Positions 1-11,037 of a stretch of 64,000 nt of DNA are shown here, in pieces. The notes below the pieces were generated by a model, which saw nothing but the letters and a program-made list of their open reading frames with translations, was not told where the DNA came from and ran no database searches. The position numbers and the translations under genes were made by a program. How positions within the stretch are numbered: position 1 is the first letter of the stretch; each line of letters starts with the position of its first letter. Source of the DNA: Opitutales bacterium (GTDB lineage Bacteria; Verrucomicrobiota; Verrucomicrobiia; Opitutales; UBA2987); NCBI GenBank assembly GCA_965226885.1, contig CBDDEL010000014.1, forward strand, positions 448,001 to 512,000. The letters are read 5' to 3'.

Positions 1-57
1 GCGGACCTGAAATTGGCTGAAAATGAATTGGCCTACCAACAGGCTTCATCAGGCTAA
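1..57 (+). CDS. 3' end of a gene running in from the left, probably GDP-mannose 4,6-dehydratase
   Basis: Frame 1 reads [18 protein letters not shown]. This resembles a Gmd C-terminus and lies directly upstream of fcl, the usual gene order. Confidence 0.45.
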   Translation, partial: ADLKLAENELAYQQASSG

Positions 58-101
58 TTAGTATCCCCGCAGACAAAAATAGCCCTTCTTCGTCGAGAGA
101 A

Positions 102-1064
102 ATGGAAAGCAGTAAACTCGAACTCAACGACTCCATTTTCGTGGCCGGCCACCGAGGAATGGTCGGGTCCGCCATTATGAGGAGTTTAGAGGAGAAAGGT
201 TTTCAAAATATTCTCACCGCCAACCGTGACGAGCTGGATTTGCGCCAGATGGCGGTAGTGCGGTCCTATTTCGAGAACAAAAAACCGGACCATGTCATAG
301 TGGCGGCCGCCAAGGTGGGCGGGATTCATGCCAACGCCACCTATCCGGCGGATTTCATCTACGACAACCTGGCCATCGCCCTCAATCTCATCCATTCGGC
401 CCACCAATCGGGAGTCTGCCGACTGCTTTTTCTGGGGAGCTCCTGCATCTACCCCCGCGAGGCGCCCCAACCCATGACGGAAGAGGCTCTCCTGACCGGT
501 CCTCTGGAGGCGACCAACGAGGCTTATGCCCTGGCTAAAATCGCGGGCCTCAAGCTCTGCCAATTCTACCGGCGGCAGCATGGGGCGCTGTTTCACTCCG
601 CCATGCCAACCAATCTCTATGGCCCGGGTGACAACTACCACCCGCAAAACAGCCATGTCATCCCCGCCCTCCTGCGGCGATTTCACGAAGCGGTGGAGGA
701 AGGCCGCTGCGAAGTCACACTCTGGGGCAGCGGTAGTCCACGGCGGGAGTTCCTCCACGTGGACGATCTGGCGGAGGCCGTATATCATCTTTTGCAACTG
801 GAGGATCCGCCCGACTGGGTAAACGTTGGAACCGGCACGGATATTTCCATTTTGGAACTGGCCCGCACCATCAGCCGGGTTGTGGGATTCGAGGGCGAAA
901 TTCTGCTCGATACGACCAAACCGGACGGCACCCCCCGCAAACTCCTCGACATTTCCCAAATCCGGCAGACCGGCTGGCAACCGCGTATTGCCCTTAAGGA
1001 AGGGCTCAAAACCACCTATCAAAATTTCCTCACCGAACAATCCTCGGGCATCCTGCGGTCCTGA
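102..1064 (+). CDS. fcl: GDP-L-fucose synthase
   Basis: Motifs [45 protein letters not shown] and KPDGTPRK. Confidence 0.95.
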   Translation: MESSKLELNDSIFVAGHRGMVGSAIMRSLEEKGFQNILTANRDELDLRQMAVVRSYFENKKPDHVIVAAAKVGGIHANATYPADFIYDNLAIALNLIHSAHQSGVCRLLFLGSSCIYPREAPQPMTEEALLTGPLEATNEAYALAKIAGLKLCQFYRRQHGALFHSAMPTNLYGPGDNYHPQNSHVIPALLRRFHEAVEEGRCEVTLWGSGSPRREFLHVDDLAEAVYHLLQLEDPPDWVNVGTGTDISILELARTISRVVGFEGEILLDTTKPDGTPRKLLDISQIRQTGWQPRIALKEGLKTTYQNFLTEQSSGILRS

Positions 1065-1127
1065 ATATTGGCGAATAATATTCAGCTGGCAGTTCCGTGG
1101 GCAAAATGTCGAACCGCCTTTAAAAAA

Positions 1128-1781
1128 ATGAAAAAGCCAGCCATGGAAGAACGGCCGCAGACTCTGAGGGAGGAGATTGCCAATAGTGTCAGTCATGGCG
1201 TTGGGCTGGTGGGCGCCTTGGTCGCCACCCCCATGCTGATTGTCATGGCCGTCCGCAATGGTGGGACTGCGGGGGGGGTGGGGGCCAGCATTTTCGGGGC
1301 CACCATGCTGCTGCTCTATTTTGTTTCGACCCTCTATCACGCGTTGGCCAGGAACCGGGCCAAAAAGGTTTTTCAGATTCTCGACCATTCCGCTATTTTC
1401 CTTCTGATCGCCGGAACCTATACGCCCTTCACTCTCGGTGTGCTTCGCGGTCCCTGGGGCTGGACGATTTTCGGGATCATTTGGGGTCTGGCTCTGGTAG
1501 GGGTGGTGCTCAAGGCTTTCGGGCCCATGCGCTACCCACGTTTTTCGACCTTCCTCTACCTCCTGATGGGCTGGCTGGCCGTCATCGCCATCCAGCAGTT
1601 GTGGCTGCTTATTCCAGGCTGGGGACTATTCTGGCTGCTTGCGGGAGGGTTTTTCTACACTTTTGGAGTGGTTTTTTACTCGCTTGATAACCGGGTTAAA
1701 TACTGCCATTTCATCTGGCACCTGTTCGTCCTCGGGGGAACGACTTGCCATTGTATCGCGGTAGGAGGATACGCCGCCTGA
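1128..1781 (+). CDS. Hemolysin III / PAQR family membrane protein (start 1128 or 1143)
   Basis: EEIANSVSHG, STLYH, DHSAIFLLIAGTYTPF and HFIWHLFV motifs; about 7 hydrophobic segments. Confidence 0.9.
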   Translation: MKKPAMEERPQTLREEIANSVSHGVGLVGALVATPMLIVMAVRNGGTAGGVGASIFGATMLLLYFVSTLYHALARNRAKKVFQILDHSAIFLLIAGTYTPFTLGVLRGPWGWTIFGIIWGLALVGVVLKAFGPMRYPRFSTFLYLLMGWLAVIAIQQLWLLIPGWGLFWLLAGGFFYTFGVVFYSLDNRVKYCHFIWHLFVLGGTTCHCIAVGGYAA

Positions 1782-1907
1782 TGGCGGAAAAAATGTAATT
1801 TCGGTTTGCATTTTCGCGCCTGGTGCAAAATCTCCTTTATTTTGATTGGCCCCTTTGGCCCCTCTTTGCATATTGGACCAAAATCATTATACTACCTTAA
1901 ATTACAA

Positions 1908-2882
1908 ATGGTTATTTTACTTACCACGACTTCTTTCCAGGACATTCCCGGGGAGCATCACAAAATGCTCCGCGAAACCGGTTATGAAATCATTACCGCC
2001 CGGGGACCTCTCAACGAAGAGCAAACCCTCGAACTGGTCGGCGAAGTCGATGGCATCATTTGCGGAGATGACAAGATAACCCGGCGGGTTTTGGAAAAGG
2101 CCCTCCCCCGTTTGCGTGTTCTCAGCAAGTACGGCATCGGTTTGGACAAAATCGATCTCGATGCCGCCACAGAGCTTGGCATTCCCGTGCTCTTCACCCC
2201 CGGCGTCAACCACACCACGGTGGCGGAGCATTGTTTTGCCCTCCTTCTGGCGTTGGTTAAAAACCTCGTCGAAGAGGTGAATTTCACCCGCTCGGGCCAA
2301 TGGAAACGACTCACCGGCCATGAGATCATGGGCAGGAAAATCGGGATTATCGGTCTTGGCCGCATCGGCAAGGAAATGGCCATCCGGGCCAAAGCTTTCG
2401 GCTTGGAAACACTGGCCTATGACATCTATTGGGACGGTGAATTTGCCGAGCGGCACGGAGTCGAGAGAGCTGAATCGATCAACGAAATACTAAAAAATTC
2501 CGAAATCGTTTCCCTGCACACCAACCTTACTCCAGAGACCCGAAACATGCTCGATGCGGCAAGTATCGGCCGCATGAAAAAAGGCGTTCTGGTCATCAAT
2601 TGCGCCCGCGGCGAACTGGTCGATACCGACGCCATGGTGGCCGCGCTCAAGAGCGGGCAAGTGGGCGGTTATGGCGCTGATGTGCTCGACCTCGAGCCAC
2701 CCCCGGCAGACCATCCACTGCTCAGCGCGCCAAATTGCCTGATAACGGCCCACATCGGTTCACGCACCTTTGAGAGCGTGGTTCGGCAGGCCACCAAGGC
2801 GACCAAAAACCTGATCCTGGCCTTGCGGGGAGAAAAGCCCCTGGCCCAATTCAACGATGTGCCCATTAAGCCGATCCAATAA
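1908..2882 (+). CDS. D-2-hydroxyacid dehydrogenase (phosphoglycerate dehydrogenase-like)
   Basis: KYGIGLDKID, GIIGLGRIG, INCARG, DVLDLEP and TAHIGS motifs. ATG at 1908 preferred over the TTG at 1806. Confidence 0.88.
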   Translation: MVILLTTTSFQDIPGEHHKMLRETGYEIITARGPLNEEQTLELVGEVDGIICGDDKITRRVLEKALPRLRVLSKYGIGLDKIDLDAATELGIPVLFTPGVNHTTVAEHCFALLLALVKNLVEEVNFTRSGQWKRLTGHEIMGRKIGIIGLGRIGKEMAIRAKAFGLETLAYDIYWDGEFAERHGVERAESINEILKNSEIVSLHTNLTPETRNMLDAASIGRMKKGVLVINCARGELVDTDAMVAALKSGQVGGYGADVLDLEPPPADHPLLSAPNCLITAHIGSRTFESVVRQATKATKNLILALRGEKPLAQFNDVPIKPIQ

Positions 2883-2913
2883 TTTTTATTAATATCCACA
2901 AACTTTTTTCGCC

Positions 2914-4011
2914 ATGAGCCTTGATATCAGACCCGCCGACTCCTGCCAATACGATTGCGTTTCCCTGGGAGAAATCATGCTTCGTCTCGACCCTGGGGAG
3001 GGACGCATCCGCACGGCCCGCCAATTCACCGCCTGGGAGGGCGGCGGGGAGTATAATGTGACCAGGGGACTGCGCCGGTGTTTTGGCTTGAGGACGGCCG
3101 TGGTGGCCGCTTTTGCCGACAATGAAATCGGCCGCCTGATTGAGGACTTCATACTGCAAGGAGGCGTCGATACGCAATTTATTCAATGGCTACCCTACGA
3201 CGGAATTGGCCGCACGGTGCGCAACGGGCTCAATTTCACGGAACGCGGTTTCGGCATTCGGGGGGCGGTGGGGGTTCCCGACCGCGGCCATACCGCCTCA
3301 AGCCAGATGAAGCCGGGCGATGTCGATTGGGACCATATTTTTGGAACCTGCGGCGCACGGTGGCTGCATACCGGCGGCATCTTTGCCGCCCTCAGCGAGA
3401 CAACGGCGGAAGTAATTCTGGAAGCCGTCCAGTCGGCCCAAAAATACGGAACCATCGTTTCCTACGATCTCAATTACCGGCCCTCACTGTGGAAATCCAT
3501 TGGTGGCCAGGCCAAATGCCGGGAAGTCAATCGTGAGATCGCAAAATATGTCGATGTCATGATCGGAAACGAGGAAGATTTTACGGCCTGTCTCGGTTTC
3601 GAGGTGGAAGGGGTTGACGAGAATCTTCAGGAACTGCCCATTGAGGGTTTTAAAAAGATGATCGAGACTGCAGTGCGGGAGTTTCCCAATTTCAAGGCCA
3701 CGGCCACGACTTTGCGCGGTGTAAAAACGGCAACCATCAACGACTGGGGGGCTATCGCCTGGTTGCAGGGCGAATTTTACCAAAGCCGTTCCTATGCCGA
3801 TCTCGAAATTATGGACCGGGTGGGCGGCGGAGACAGTTTTGCCAGCGGTTTTATCTATGGCTTGCTGACCATAAACGATCCGCAGGAGGCCGTCGAATAT
3901 GGGGCGGCCCACGGAGCCCTGGCCATGACCACTCCGGGGGACACCTCCATGGTCACCGTCAATGAAGTGGAAAAAGTCAAGGCCGGCGCAGGAGCCCGCG
4001 TCGTGCGATAA
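2914..4011 (+). CDS. kdgK: 2-dehydro-3-deoxygluconokinase (PfkB family)
   Basis: GEIMLRL, GGGEYNV, YDLNYR, GNEED and DRVGGGDSF motifs; adjacent to eda. Confidence 0.88.
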   Translation: MSLDIRPADSCQYDCVSLGEIMLRLDPGEGRIRTARQFTAWEGGGEYNVTRGLRRCFGLRTAVVAAFADNEIGRLIEDFILQGGVDTQFIQWLPYDGIGRTVRNGLNFTERGFGIRGAVGVPDRGHTASSQMKPGDVDWDHIFGTCGARWLHTGGIFAALSETTAEVILEAVQSAQKYGTIVSYDLNYRPSLWKSIGGQAKCREVNREIAKYVDVMIGNEEDFTACLGFEVEGVDENLQELPIEGFKKMIETAVREFPNFKATATTLRGVKTATINDWGAIAWLQGEFYQSRSYADLEIMDRVGGGDSFASGFIYGLLTINDPQEAVEYGAAHGALAMTTPGDTSMVTVNEVEKVKAGAGARVVR

Positions 4012-4039
4012 AATTTATTTGACCTTTAATTGTATATTT

Positions 4040-4690
4040 ATGTTTTCGGATTCTTTAATTCGCCAAATCGAGTCTTCCGGTGTCGTCGCCGTCGTTGTGA
4101 TCGACGATGTATTATCGGCCGTTCCGATGGCCAACGCTTTATTGGCCGGAGGCATATCGGCAATTGAGTTGACATTGCGAACACCCGTTGGGCTGGAAGC
4201 TCTAAAAGCCATTAAAGCCGAGCTTCCGGATGTGCTGGCCGGTGTCGGCACGATTTTGACTACAGAACAGGTGGAAAAAAGCCGGGCCGCGGGCGCTGCT
4301 TTCGCCGTAGCGCCCAACTGCGACCCGAGTATAATCGGCAAAGCCCAGGAGTTGGGCCTGCCCTTCGCGCCGGGTGTGATGACCCCGAGCGATATCGGCC
4401 AAGCCATTGCTTTGGAGTGCCGCATCCTGAAATATTTTCCGGCCGAAAGCGCCGGGGGCCTGACCCACCTGAAAAATATTTCCGCGCCCTACGCGCATTT
4501 GAAGCCGCGCTTCATTCCCACTGGTGGAATTAACCTGAACAATTTTACCGCTTATTTGAAAGTGCCCGATGTTCTGGCGGTCGGCGGTTCCTGGATCGCG
4601 CCGCAAAAATTGATTCGTGAAAAATCCTGGGAAGCCATCACCACTTTGGCCCGAGCGGCCACGAATCAGATCGCAAATTCAACTGAATGA
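4040..4690 (+). CDS. eda: KDPG/KHG aldolase
   Basis: [33 protein letters not shown] and AVGGSW motifs. Confidence 0.92.
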   Translation: MFSDSLIRQIESSGVVAVVVIDDVLSAVPMANALLAGGISAIELTLRTPVGLEALKAIKAELPDVLAGVGTILTTEQVEKSRAAGAAFAVAPNCDPSIIGKAQELGLPFAPGVMTPSDIGQAIALECRILKYFPAESAGGLTHLKNISAPYAHLKPRFIPTGGINLNNFTAYLKVPDVLAVGGSWIAPQKLIREKSWEAITTLARAATNQIANSTE

Positions 4691-4700
4691 ACAAATCCAA

Positions 4701-5483
4701 ATGACTTCCTATATCGAAAAATTATTCGGACTGCCGGGAAAAGTGGCCGTCATTATCGGTGGCACGGGAGAACTTTGCAGCCACATGGCCAATGGCCTGG
4801 CGGGAGCAGGCGCGGAGGTGGTCCTTGTCGGACGCGATGCCGCCAAAGCGGAAACACGCCTGGAAAAGATCCATGAGATTGGCGGCCAAGGCTATTTTCT
4901 GCCGGTCGATGTCGGGTCGAAAGAAGCATTGGAGGGCTTGTTGAGCGCGGTCCTGGAACGCTCCGGAAAGGTGGACATTTTGATCAATGGGGCGGGCATT
5001 AATTCAACCACCCCATTTGTGGAAATTTCCGATGACGAACTGGAAAAGCTTGTCCAAATTAATTTCAAGGCCGTTTTCAGGGCTTGCCAGATCTTTGGCC
5101 GTTACCTAGTTGAGAGAGGAGAGGGTGGGAGCATTATCAATGTAGGTTCCATGGCTGCGTTAATGCCCTTATCACGCGTCTTTACCTATAGCGCGACCAA
5201 AGCGGCAGTGCACAATTTATCAAAAAACCTGGCCCGCGAATGGGCTCCTCACAATGTGAGGGTCAATACCTTGGTGCCCGGTTTTTTCCCCGCCGAACAG
5301 AACCGCAAAGTTCTAACCCCGGACCGAGTGGCCAGCATTAAGGGCCATACGCCCATGAACCGCTTCGGAGATGCCGACGAATTGATTGGCGCCACCCTCC
5401 TTCTGGCCTGCGACCGGGCGGGAAGTTTTATCACGGGGCACGAATTGGTGGTCGATGGCGGTTATTCCTCAATGACCATTTGA
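4701..5483 (+). CDS. SDR oxidoreductase, probably a hexuronate-pathway (UxuB/KduD-like) enzyme
   Basis: [19 protein letters not shown] and [10 protein letters not shown] motifs; follows kdgK-eda. Confidence 0.8.
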   Translation: MTSYIEKLFGLPGKVAVIIGGTGELCSHMANGLAGAGAEVVLVGRDAAKAETRLEKIHEIGGQGYFLPVDVGSKEALEGLLSAVLERSGKVDILINGAGINSTTPFVEISDDELEKLVQINFKAVFRACQIFGRYLVERGEGGSIINVGSMAALMPLSRVFTYSATKAAVHNLSKNLAREWAPHNVRVNTLVPGFFPAEQNRKVLTPDRVASIKGHTPMNRFGDADELIGATLLLACDRAGSFITGHELVVDGGYSSMTI

Positions 5484-5531
5484 TGCTTACGGGCGTCCAT
5501 TTTCACCGATTGACCGAAGGTTTTCTTGCTC

Positions 5532-7113
5532 ATGCATGACGCCGTCATCATCGGGGCGGGCCATAATGGCCTGGTGGCGGCCGCTTACCTGGCCAAAGCG
5601 GGTTTGCGGGTATTGGTGCTGGAGCGCCGGGATATGGTGGGAGGAAGCGCCATCACGGAGGAGATCGTTCCAGGGTTCAAGTTTTCCCGCCTTTCCTACG
5701 TCAACTCCCTCTTTCGGCCACAGATAATTAAAGACCTCCGCTTGAAAGAGTTCGGGCTGAAAATGCTGCCCCGCAACCCCTCCTCTTCCACCCCGTTTCC
5801 CGACGGTCAGTTTCTTTTTATGGGACCGGAAATGGACGCCAACGTGCGGGAGATAAAGAAATTCAGCGCCCGCGATGCGGAAAATTTCCCGCGCTACGAA
5901 GCCATGCTGGAGCGGCTGGTCGAGGTTATCGAGCCAACCCTCGACCAAATACCGGTTGACCCATTGTCCCTCCATCCCCGCAACCTGGCCGATATGATCC
6001 GTCTCGGTTGGCGCGCTCGCGGCCTGGGCAAAGACCTCTACCAGGCTCCTTTCGATGCTCTCCGGCCCGGCCACCACTCTTTTGGACGAATGGTTCGAGA
6101 GCGAACACCTCAAGGCGACCCTCGCCACCGATGCCGTTATTGGGGCCATGGCCAGCCCCTCCAGTCCGGGGACGGCCTACGTTTTGTTTCATCATGTCAT
6201 GGGGGAAACCGACGGGGCGCGTGGAGTGTGGGCCTATGTCCGCGGCGGAATGGGCGCACTGAGCGAATCCCTGGCGACTTCCGCCCGTGCTTCCGGAGTG
6301 GAAATACGCACCGCATGTCCGGTTGCCGAAGTTTTACTCGAAAACGGAAAAGCGGTTGGTGTTTTAACAGGGGACGGTGAGGAAATCCGCGCCGGGGTTG
6401 TTCTGTCCAATGCCGACCCCAATATCAGCTTCCTCAAACTTCTCAATGGCGATTCCCTTCCTCCTGAATCTGTGCAGCAAATCGAGGCCATCGATTTTTC
6501 CAGCGCGACCTTCAAATTAAACCTCGCCCTCAGCGAGTTGCCCAACTTCAAGGTTCTGCCAGGCAGCCAGCCCGGTCCCCAGCACCGGGGGACCATCCAC
6601 ATTAGCCCCACCGTGGACTGGATCGAGTCCGCCTACGACGACGCCCGGCAAGGTATCCCTTCCCGCAACCCGGTTCTGGAGTGCACCATTCCCTCCGTTC
6701 TGGACGACAGCCTGGCGCCCGAATCGCAACACGTTATGAGCATGTTCGTGCAATACGCGCCCTACAAGCTGAAGGAAGGAACCTGGGACGAGAAAAAGGA
6801 GGCTTTCGCCGACCGCTGCATCGACCTGATGGATGAATATGCTCCTGGATTCCGTGCCTCCGTAATCGCCCGGGACGCCATTTCGCCGCTCGATATGGAA
6901 CGCGAATTTTCTCTCACCGGGGGCAACATTTTCCACGGCGCCATGACACCGAGTCAGCTTTATTTCCAGCGTCCCGTGGGCGGCTGGGCGCACTACCGGA
7001 CACCCATTGAGGGCTATTACCTGTGCGGCGCAGGAGCGCATCCCGGAGGCGGAGTCATGGGCGCTTGCGGCCGCAACGCCGCCACCGCCGTCCTCAAGGA
7101 CCGAGCCTGGTAA
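5532..7113 (+). pseudogene. Phytoene desaturase-like / PYROXD2-type FAD oxidoreductase, frameshifted near 6044
   Basis: N-half has IGAGHNGLVAAAYLA; C-half has GGNIFHG and CGAGAHPGGGV. Removing one G from TAC-CAG-G-CTC-CTT joins the halves as LYQLLSMLSGP. Confidence 0.85.
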
Positions 7114-7129
7114 ATCCCCCACCCTGCCG

Positions 7130-8128
7130 TCATGTGCTGTTTTCTCGCCAGGATTTGCTGAAATGTTCGTAGCCTCCGGCCAGCCCGATTGCCTGGCCGG
7201 TTTGCCCATCAATGATTTCACCTTCCGGTCCTTCAACCGCTTTCGCCATCAGCCTGCCGATTTTGGAAAGTGGCGTCTTAAACTGCTTTACCCACTCGCC
7301 GATGAAATGATCGAGGCTGGTTTCCGACCCGACAGTAAAGAGCAATTCATAGTCCTCGCCGTCACCGAGGGCATGGTGTTGGGGCGTTTTCCCGCTGGTC
7401 AGGGCCATTTGATGTGCGGCTTCGCTGATGGGCAGGTTTTTCAAGTCGATCCCGGCCGCGCATCCCGGCGGTATCAACTCGGGTAGGTCTTTCAGCAAGC
7501 CGTCGGTCACATCGATCATGCTGCTGACTTCCTTTCTGCCGGCCAGCCATTGGCCTTCCCTGAGGCGGGGTTGAAAGGAGAGGTGTTTCCCAAGCCGGGA
7601 GCCACCAAGCTCGCCCGTTACGAGAATGAAATCGCCCTCTTTTCCTCCCTGGCGCAAAACAGCCCGTTCCGCACTGCCCAACAAAGTAAGGTGGCCTCCC
7701 AGGGTTGTTTTTGTTTCGCACAAATCGCCCCCCACCAGGGCGACATGCCATTTTACCGCCTCATCACGCAAACCGAAGGTGAATTCCCGCAGCCAATCGA
7801 GGCGCAGCGAGGCCGGTAACATTAATCCAAGGAGGGCGTAATCCGGCTGGCCACCCATGGCCGCGATATCGCTCAGGTTGCGTTTGAGCAGTTTGGCCCC
7901 GGCTTCTCCGGGGTGGGCCGAATCGTCGAAATGTTTCTTGTAAACGAGGGCATCGACGGTTGCCAGTTGGCAGCCGCCCTTGGATGCCGGGAGCACCGCG
8001 CAATCGTCGCCCATTCCGAGGGGCTGAGGCGGCGCTATTGGGCCCAGCCATTGCCTGATTTTTCGGAGTAATTTTTTCTCCCCCGCATGGCCGACCGAGT
8101 CAGCCAATATGTCAGTAAAAGGATGCAT
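7130..8128 (-). CDS. thiL: Thiamine-monophosphate kinase
   Basis: GDDCA, NLSDIAAMGG, LVGGD, IDVTDGL and GEDYELLFT motifs. Confidence 0.93.
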   Translation of the reverse strand: MHPFTDILADSVGHAGEKKLLRKIRQWLGPIAPPQPLGMGDDCAVLPASKGGCQLATVDALVYKKHFDDSAHPGEAGAKLLKRNLSDIAAMGGQPDYALLGLMLPASLRLDWLREFTFGLRDEAVKWHVALVGGDLCETKTTLGGHLTLLGSAERAVLRQGGKEGDFILVTGELGGSRLGKHLSFQPRLREGQWLAGRKEVSSMIDVTDGLLKDLPELIPPGCAAGIDLKNLPISEAAHQMALTSGKTPQHHALGDGEDYELLFTVGSETSLDHFIGEWVKQFKTPLSKIGRLMAKAVEGPEGEIIDGQTGQAIGLAGGYEHFSKSWRENST

Positions 8129-8136
8129 CAGCGATT

Positions 8137-9063
8137 TCAGAAAAACAGAAGCGCCGTTGTTAAAACAGCGCTGTAATCGGTTTCCGGCGATTCGCCGTAA
8201 AAAGATATCAAGACCAGTGAATTGGTGTTGAAAATAGCATGTAAAAAAATGGGGGCTTTCAGGTTGCCCGTCATTTCGTAGGCGATGCAGAGAAAAATAC
8301 CCAAAACGATGAGGGAGGGAAAACTCACCAGGTTAAAATGGATGGAGGCAAAGAGGAATGCGCTGGCCAGGATGGCCGGGGCCGGGTTCATCCGGCTCTT
8401 AAGAAACCGGTAGATGACGCCTCGAAAAATAACCTCCTCCACAATGGGAGCGGTTACGGTGGCCATGAGGATCAATGCCAGCCGGGCTAAATAGGAAATA
8501 TTCTGGCTTAGATGGTAAACCAGTTCCTGCGGTTCCTGGGGAAGTTCCAGACCTAATTTAACAAGCTGGGCGAGAAGTCCCTGCCAGCCCAGTCCGACCA
8601 AAAAAATAACGGGAAAGGCGGACAGGAATAGAAGGAACCCAATGAGAAGAGCTTTTACCGCGGGCAGGCTGACAGCATTAATTTTTTGCCGAAAAAGTTC
8701 CGATTGGTATTTTAAATAATAGAGGAAAACCAGCATCATCCCCCCTTGCATGGAAATTCCGCCCAGCACAATTTCCCAAACTTCACCATCGGTTGTATTC
8801 CCCTCCCGCCCTCCGCCTGAACTTATGGCGTCAAGGATTAAGCCTGTTAATAATACACTGATGAACATCAGCCAAAGAAACATTCCAAAATTGAGCCAAT
8901 TGATGGTCCAGGGATCGACTTTGCCATGGCGGGTTTCCCTTGTTTTGGAAAAAAAGCGGACAATCACAAAAATGAGACAGGCCAGACCCACCCAAAGTAG
9001 GAAATTCACATAGGGGAAAATCCAGGTTTCACCTGCCGGAAACACCAACTCTTGTTCTTCCAT
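8137..9063 (-). CDS. CPBP (CAAX/Abi) family intramembrane metalloprotease
   Basis: APIVEEVIFRG, FASIH and HAIFN motifs; polytopic membrane protein. Confidence 0.9.
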   Translation of the reverse strand: MEEQELVFPAGETWIFPYVNFLLWVGLACLIFVIVRFFSKTRETRHGKVDPWTINWLNFGMFLWLMFISVLLTGLILDAISSGGGREGNTTDGEVWEIVLGGISMQGGMMLVFLYYLKYQSELFRQKINAVSLPAVKALLIGFLLFLSAFPVIFLVGLGWQGLLAQLVKLGLELPQEPQELVYHLSQNISYLARLALILMATVTAPIVEEVIFRGVIYRFLKSRMNPAPAILASAFLFASIHFNLVSFPSLIVLGIFLCIAYEMTGNLKAPIFLHAIFNTNSLVLISFYGESPETDYSAVLTTALLFF

Positions 9064-9412
9064 TACGGCTTCTATAGATTGTGCTCTATTTTAATTTACC
9101 CAATTCCCGGCCAAGGACAGCGGGTTACATTTTCTTCCTCTGGTTGAGTTGAAAGAGCATAATCGCCACCTGCACAAGGACATTCCCCTGAAACCACCGT
9201 CCCCGTTTGAGGGTTTTACATAAAAAAAATAAATTTTTAGTGCCGGGAATAATCCCAATCAGCATGCATTCATACAGTGGTTACAAATCATCCCTATGGC
9301 AATCCGGGAGAGAATTCATTGCGCACTGGGGTATTTGCTGCTATTTATTTATTAAAAATCGTAATTTGGTTAGGTGAATCCAGGGATCACTGGATGGATG
9401 AGTTGAATTGAA

Positions 9413-10102
9413 ATGGACGAAAGCTTGCGGCGGTTTATTATTACTTACTCTGGGGTATTATTGCTTCTCTGCATTCTCTTGGTGGTATTAAGTGTCTGGC
9501 CTTTCCCCGAGCCCGACCTTCCCAAAAACCGTCCAGACAGGGTAATCCAACCTCAAAAACAATCTGAAATCCCGGATACTACTCAGCCCGGTGACGGTTT
9601 GGGCGGAAAACCGATTGATAGTGATATAGATAATGAACAACGAATTTCGGCCCTTGAAAAACGGGAGGCGCGGGATCGTTTCGTGGGAGCCGACGTTTTG
9701 GCGGAAAAAACCACACCGCTCGAAAATGGCAAGGAATCGAGGGTGCGATTGCTGCAAATTGACGATTTCGCCTTTCCAATTTTGGTTGAAGAAAAAATCC
9801 GCACCGATGCCGATGGCCGGGTATGGTTAAATAGCCAAAAAGCCATGGTGGCGAATCGCCTCCTCATTATGCCAAGCAATGAAGACACCGCCGGGGAATT
9901 AAAGGCCTTTGCCGAAAAGGAAGGTTATACGCTGGAGGCCAACGGCCCCCATTCATCGGTTTTGAAAATGAGCAGCCCGGAAGTTAGCCTAGATGCCATT
10001 TCCACCATGATGAAAAAGCTGGCGCCCCTGGAAGAACGCGGCTTGCTGGTGGCCGAGCCCGACTACCTGTATTTTCCCGATAAAGTCCCCACCGACCCGT
10101 TT
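9413..10102 (+). pseudogene. N-terminal fragment of a membrane-anchored subtilisin-like (S8) peptidase, truncated by IS21
   Basis: N-terminal TM helix, then a prodomain-like region ending AEPDYLY...PTDPF, the usual propeptide/catalytic boundary. IS21 begins immediately after. No catalytic domain in the window. Confidence 0.6.
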
Positions 10103-10275
10103 TGTAAACGCCGGGATGAAACCGGTACGGGGGTCGGGGTAAAACCGGTACGCTTGGAATAAGGTTTAGGTTAGTAATTGCAGGTACGTCAAGGTTTAGG
10201 GTTTGGGAGTTGGTTTTGGGGATTGGCTTGGGGTCGGTGAGGAGGCCGGAGGCCGACGAGCCGGGCCCAAGGCGT

Positions 10276-11037
10276 TTATTGTTTTGTGCCACGGCGTCGA
10301 GCATCGCGCAAGCGGTAGCTTTGCCCGTTGGCTTCGAGGATATGCACCCGATGGGTGAGTCGGTCCAGCAGAGCTCCGGTGAGCCGTTCGGAACCGAGCA
10401 CTTCGATCCAGTTCTCAAAGGGCAGGTTGGTGGTGACGATGAGACTGGTGCGCTCGTAAGCGCGGCTGACCACGTCGAAGAGCAGTTCGGAACCGGTCTT
10501 GGAAAAAGGGACGTAACCGAGTTCGTCGAGGATGAGTAGGTCGAGCCTTTCGAGTTGCTTCATGAAGCGCTGCAGGTCGTGGTTGTCGCGTTGCTCGAGC
10601 ATATGGGTAACCAGGGCGGTGACCCCGAAGAAACGGATCCGCCGGCCCTGGGCACAGGCGGCAAAGCCCAGGGCGGTGGCCAGGTGCGTTTTACCGGTAC
10701 CGGCGTTACCGAGGAGCAGCACGTTTTCGCGCTGGTCGACATACTCCCCGCGCATGAGCTCTCGGATGAGCGCTTCGTTGATCGAGGGCTGCGCTTCAAA
10801 GGCGAAGCTCTCGAGGGTCTTGAGCACGGGGAAACGGGCGTTTTTGATCCGCCGCTGGGCGGCCCGCTGTTCGCGTTCAATGAGCTCCCGTTCGACCAGA
10901 TGCAACAAAAAGGCGGCGTAATCGAGCCGGTCCCGGGAACAAGCCGCGGCCACCGCCGGCCATTCGCGCAGGATGGTGGGCAACTTCAGTTTCTTGAGGT
11001 GATGGTGTAACAGCAGCTGGTTTTTTTCTTCCTTCAT
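10276..11037 (-). CDS. istB: IS21 helper ATPase IstB
   Basis: Walker A GNAGTGKT, Walker B LLILDELGY, TTNL and ALLDRLTH. Confidence 0.95.
   Translation of the reverse strand: MKEEKNQLLLHHHLKKLKLPTILREWPAVAAACSRDRLDYAAFLLHLVERELIEREQRAAQRRIKNARFPVLKTLESFAFEAQPSINEALIRELMRGEYVDQRENVLLLGNAGTGKTHLATALGFAACAQGRRIRFFGVTALVTHMLEQRDNHDLQRFMKQLERLDLLILDELGYVPFSKTGSELLFDVVSRAYERTSLIVTTNLPFENWIEVLGSERLTGALLDRLTHRVHILEANGQSYRLRDARRRGTKQ

Noticed and set aside
186..1388. Long antisense and shadow ORFs (this one, 54588-55247, 6517-7236, and those repeated in each IS copy)
   Set aside because: They overlap well-supported genes on the opposite strand, have no motifs, and are expected in GC-rich coding DNA.
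8137..9063. CPBP/Abi protease as an anti-phage system
   Set aside because: It sits in a housekeeping context next to thiL with no defence-associated neighbours; the family name alone is not evidence.
10160..10260. G/T-rich telomere-like repeats (AAGGTTTAGG twice)
   Set aside because: Irregular, short, and internal to the IS21 end downstream of istB; no periodic array.
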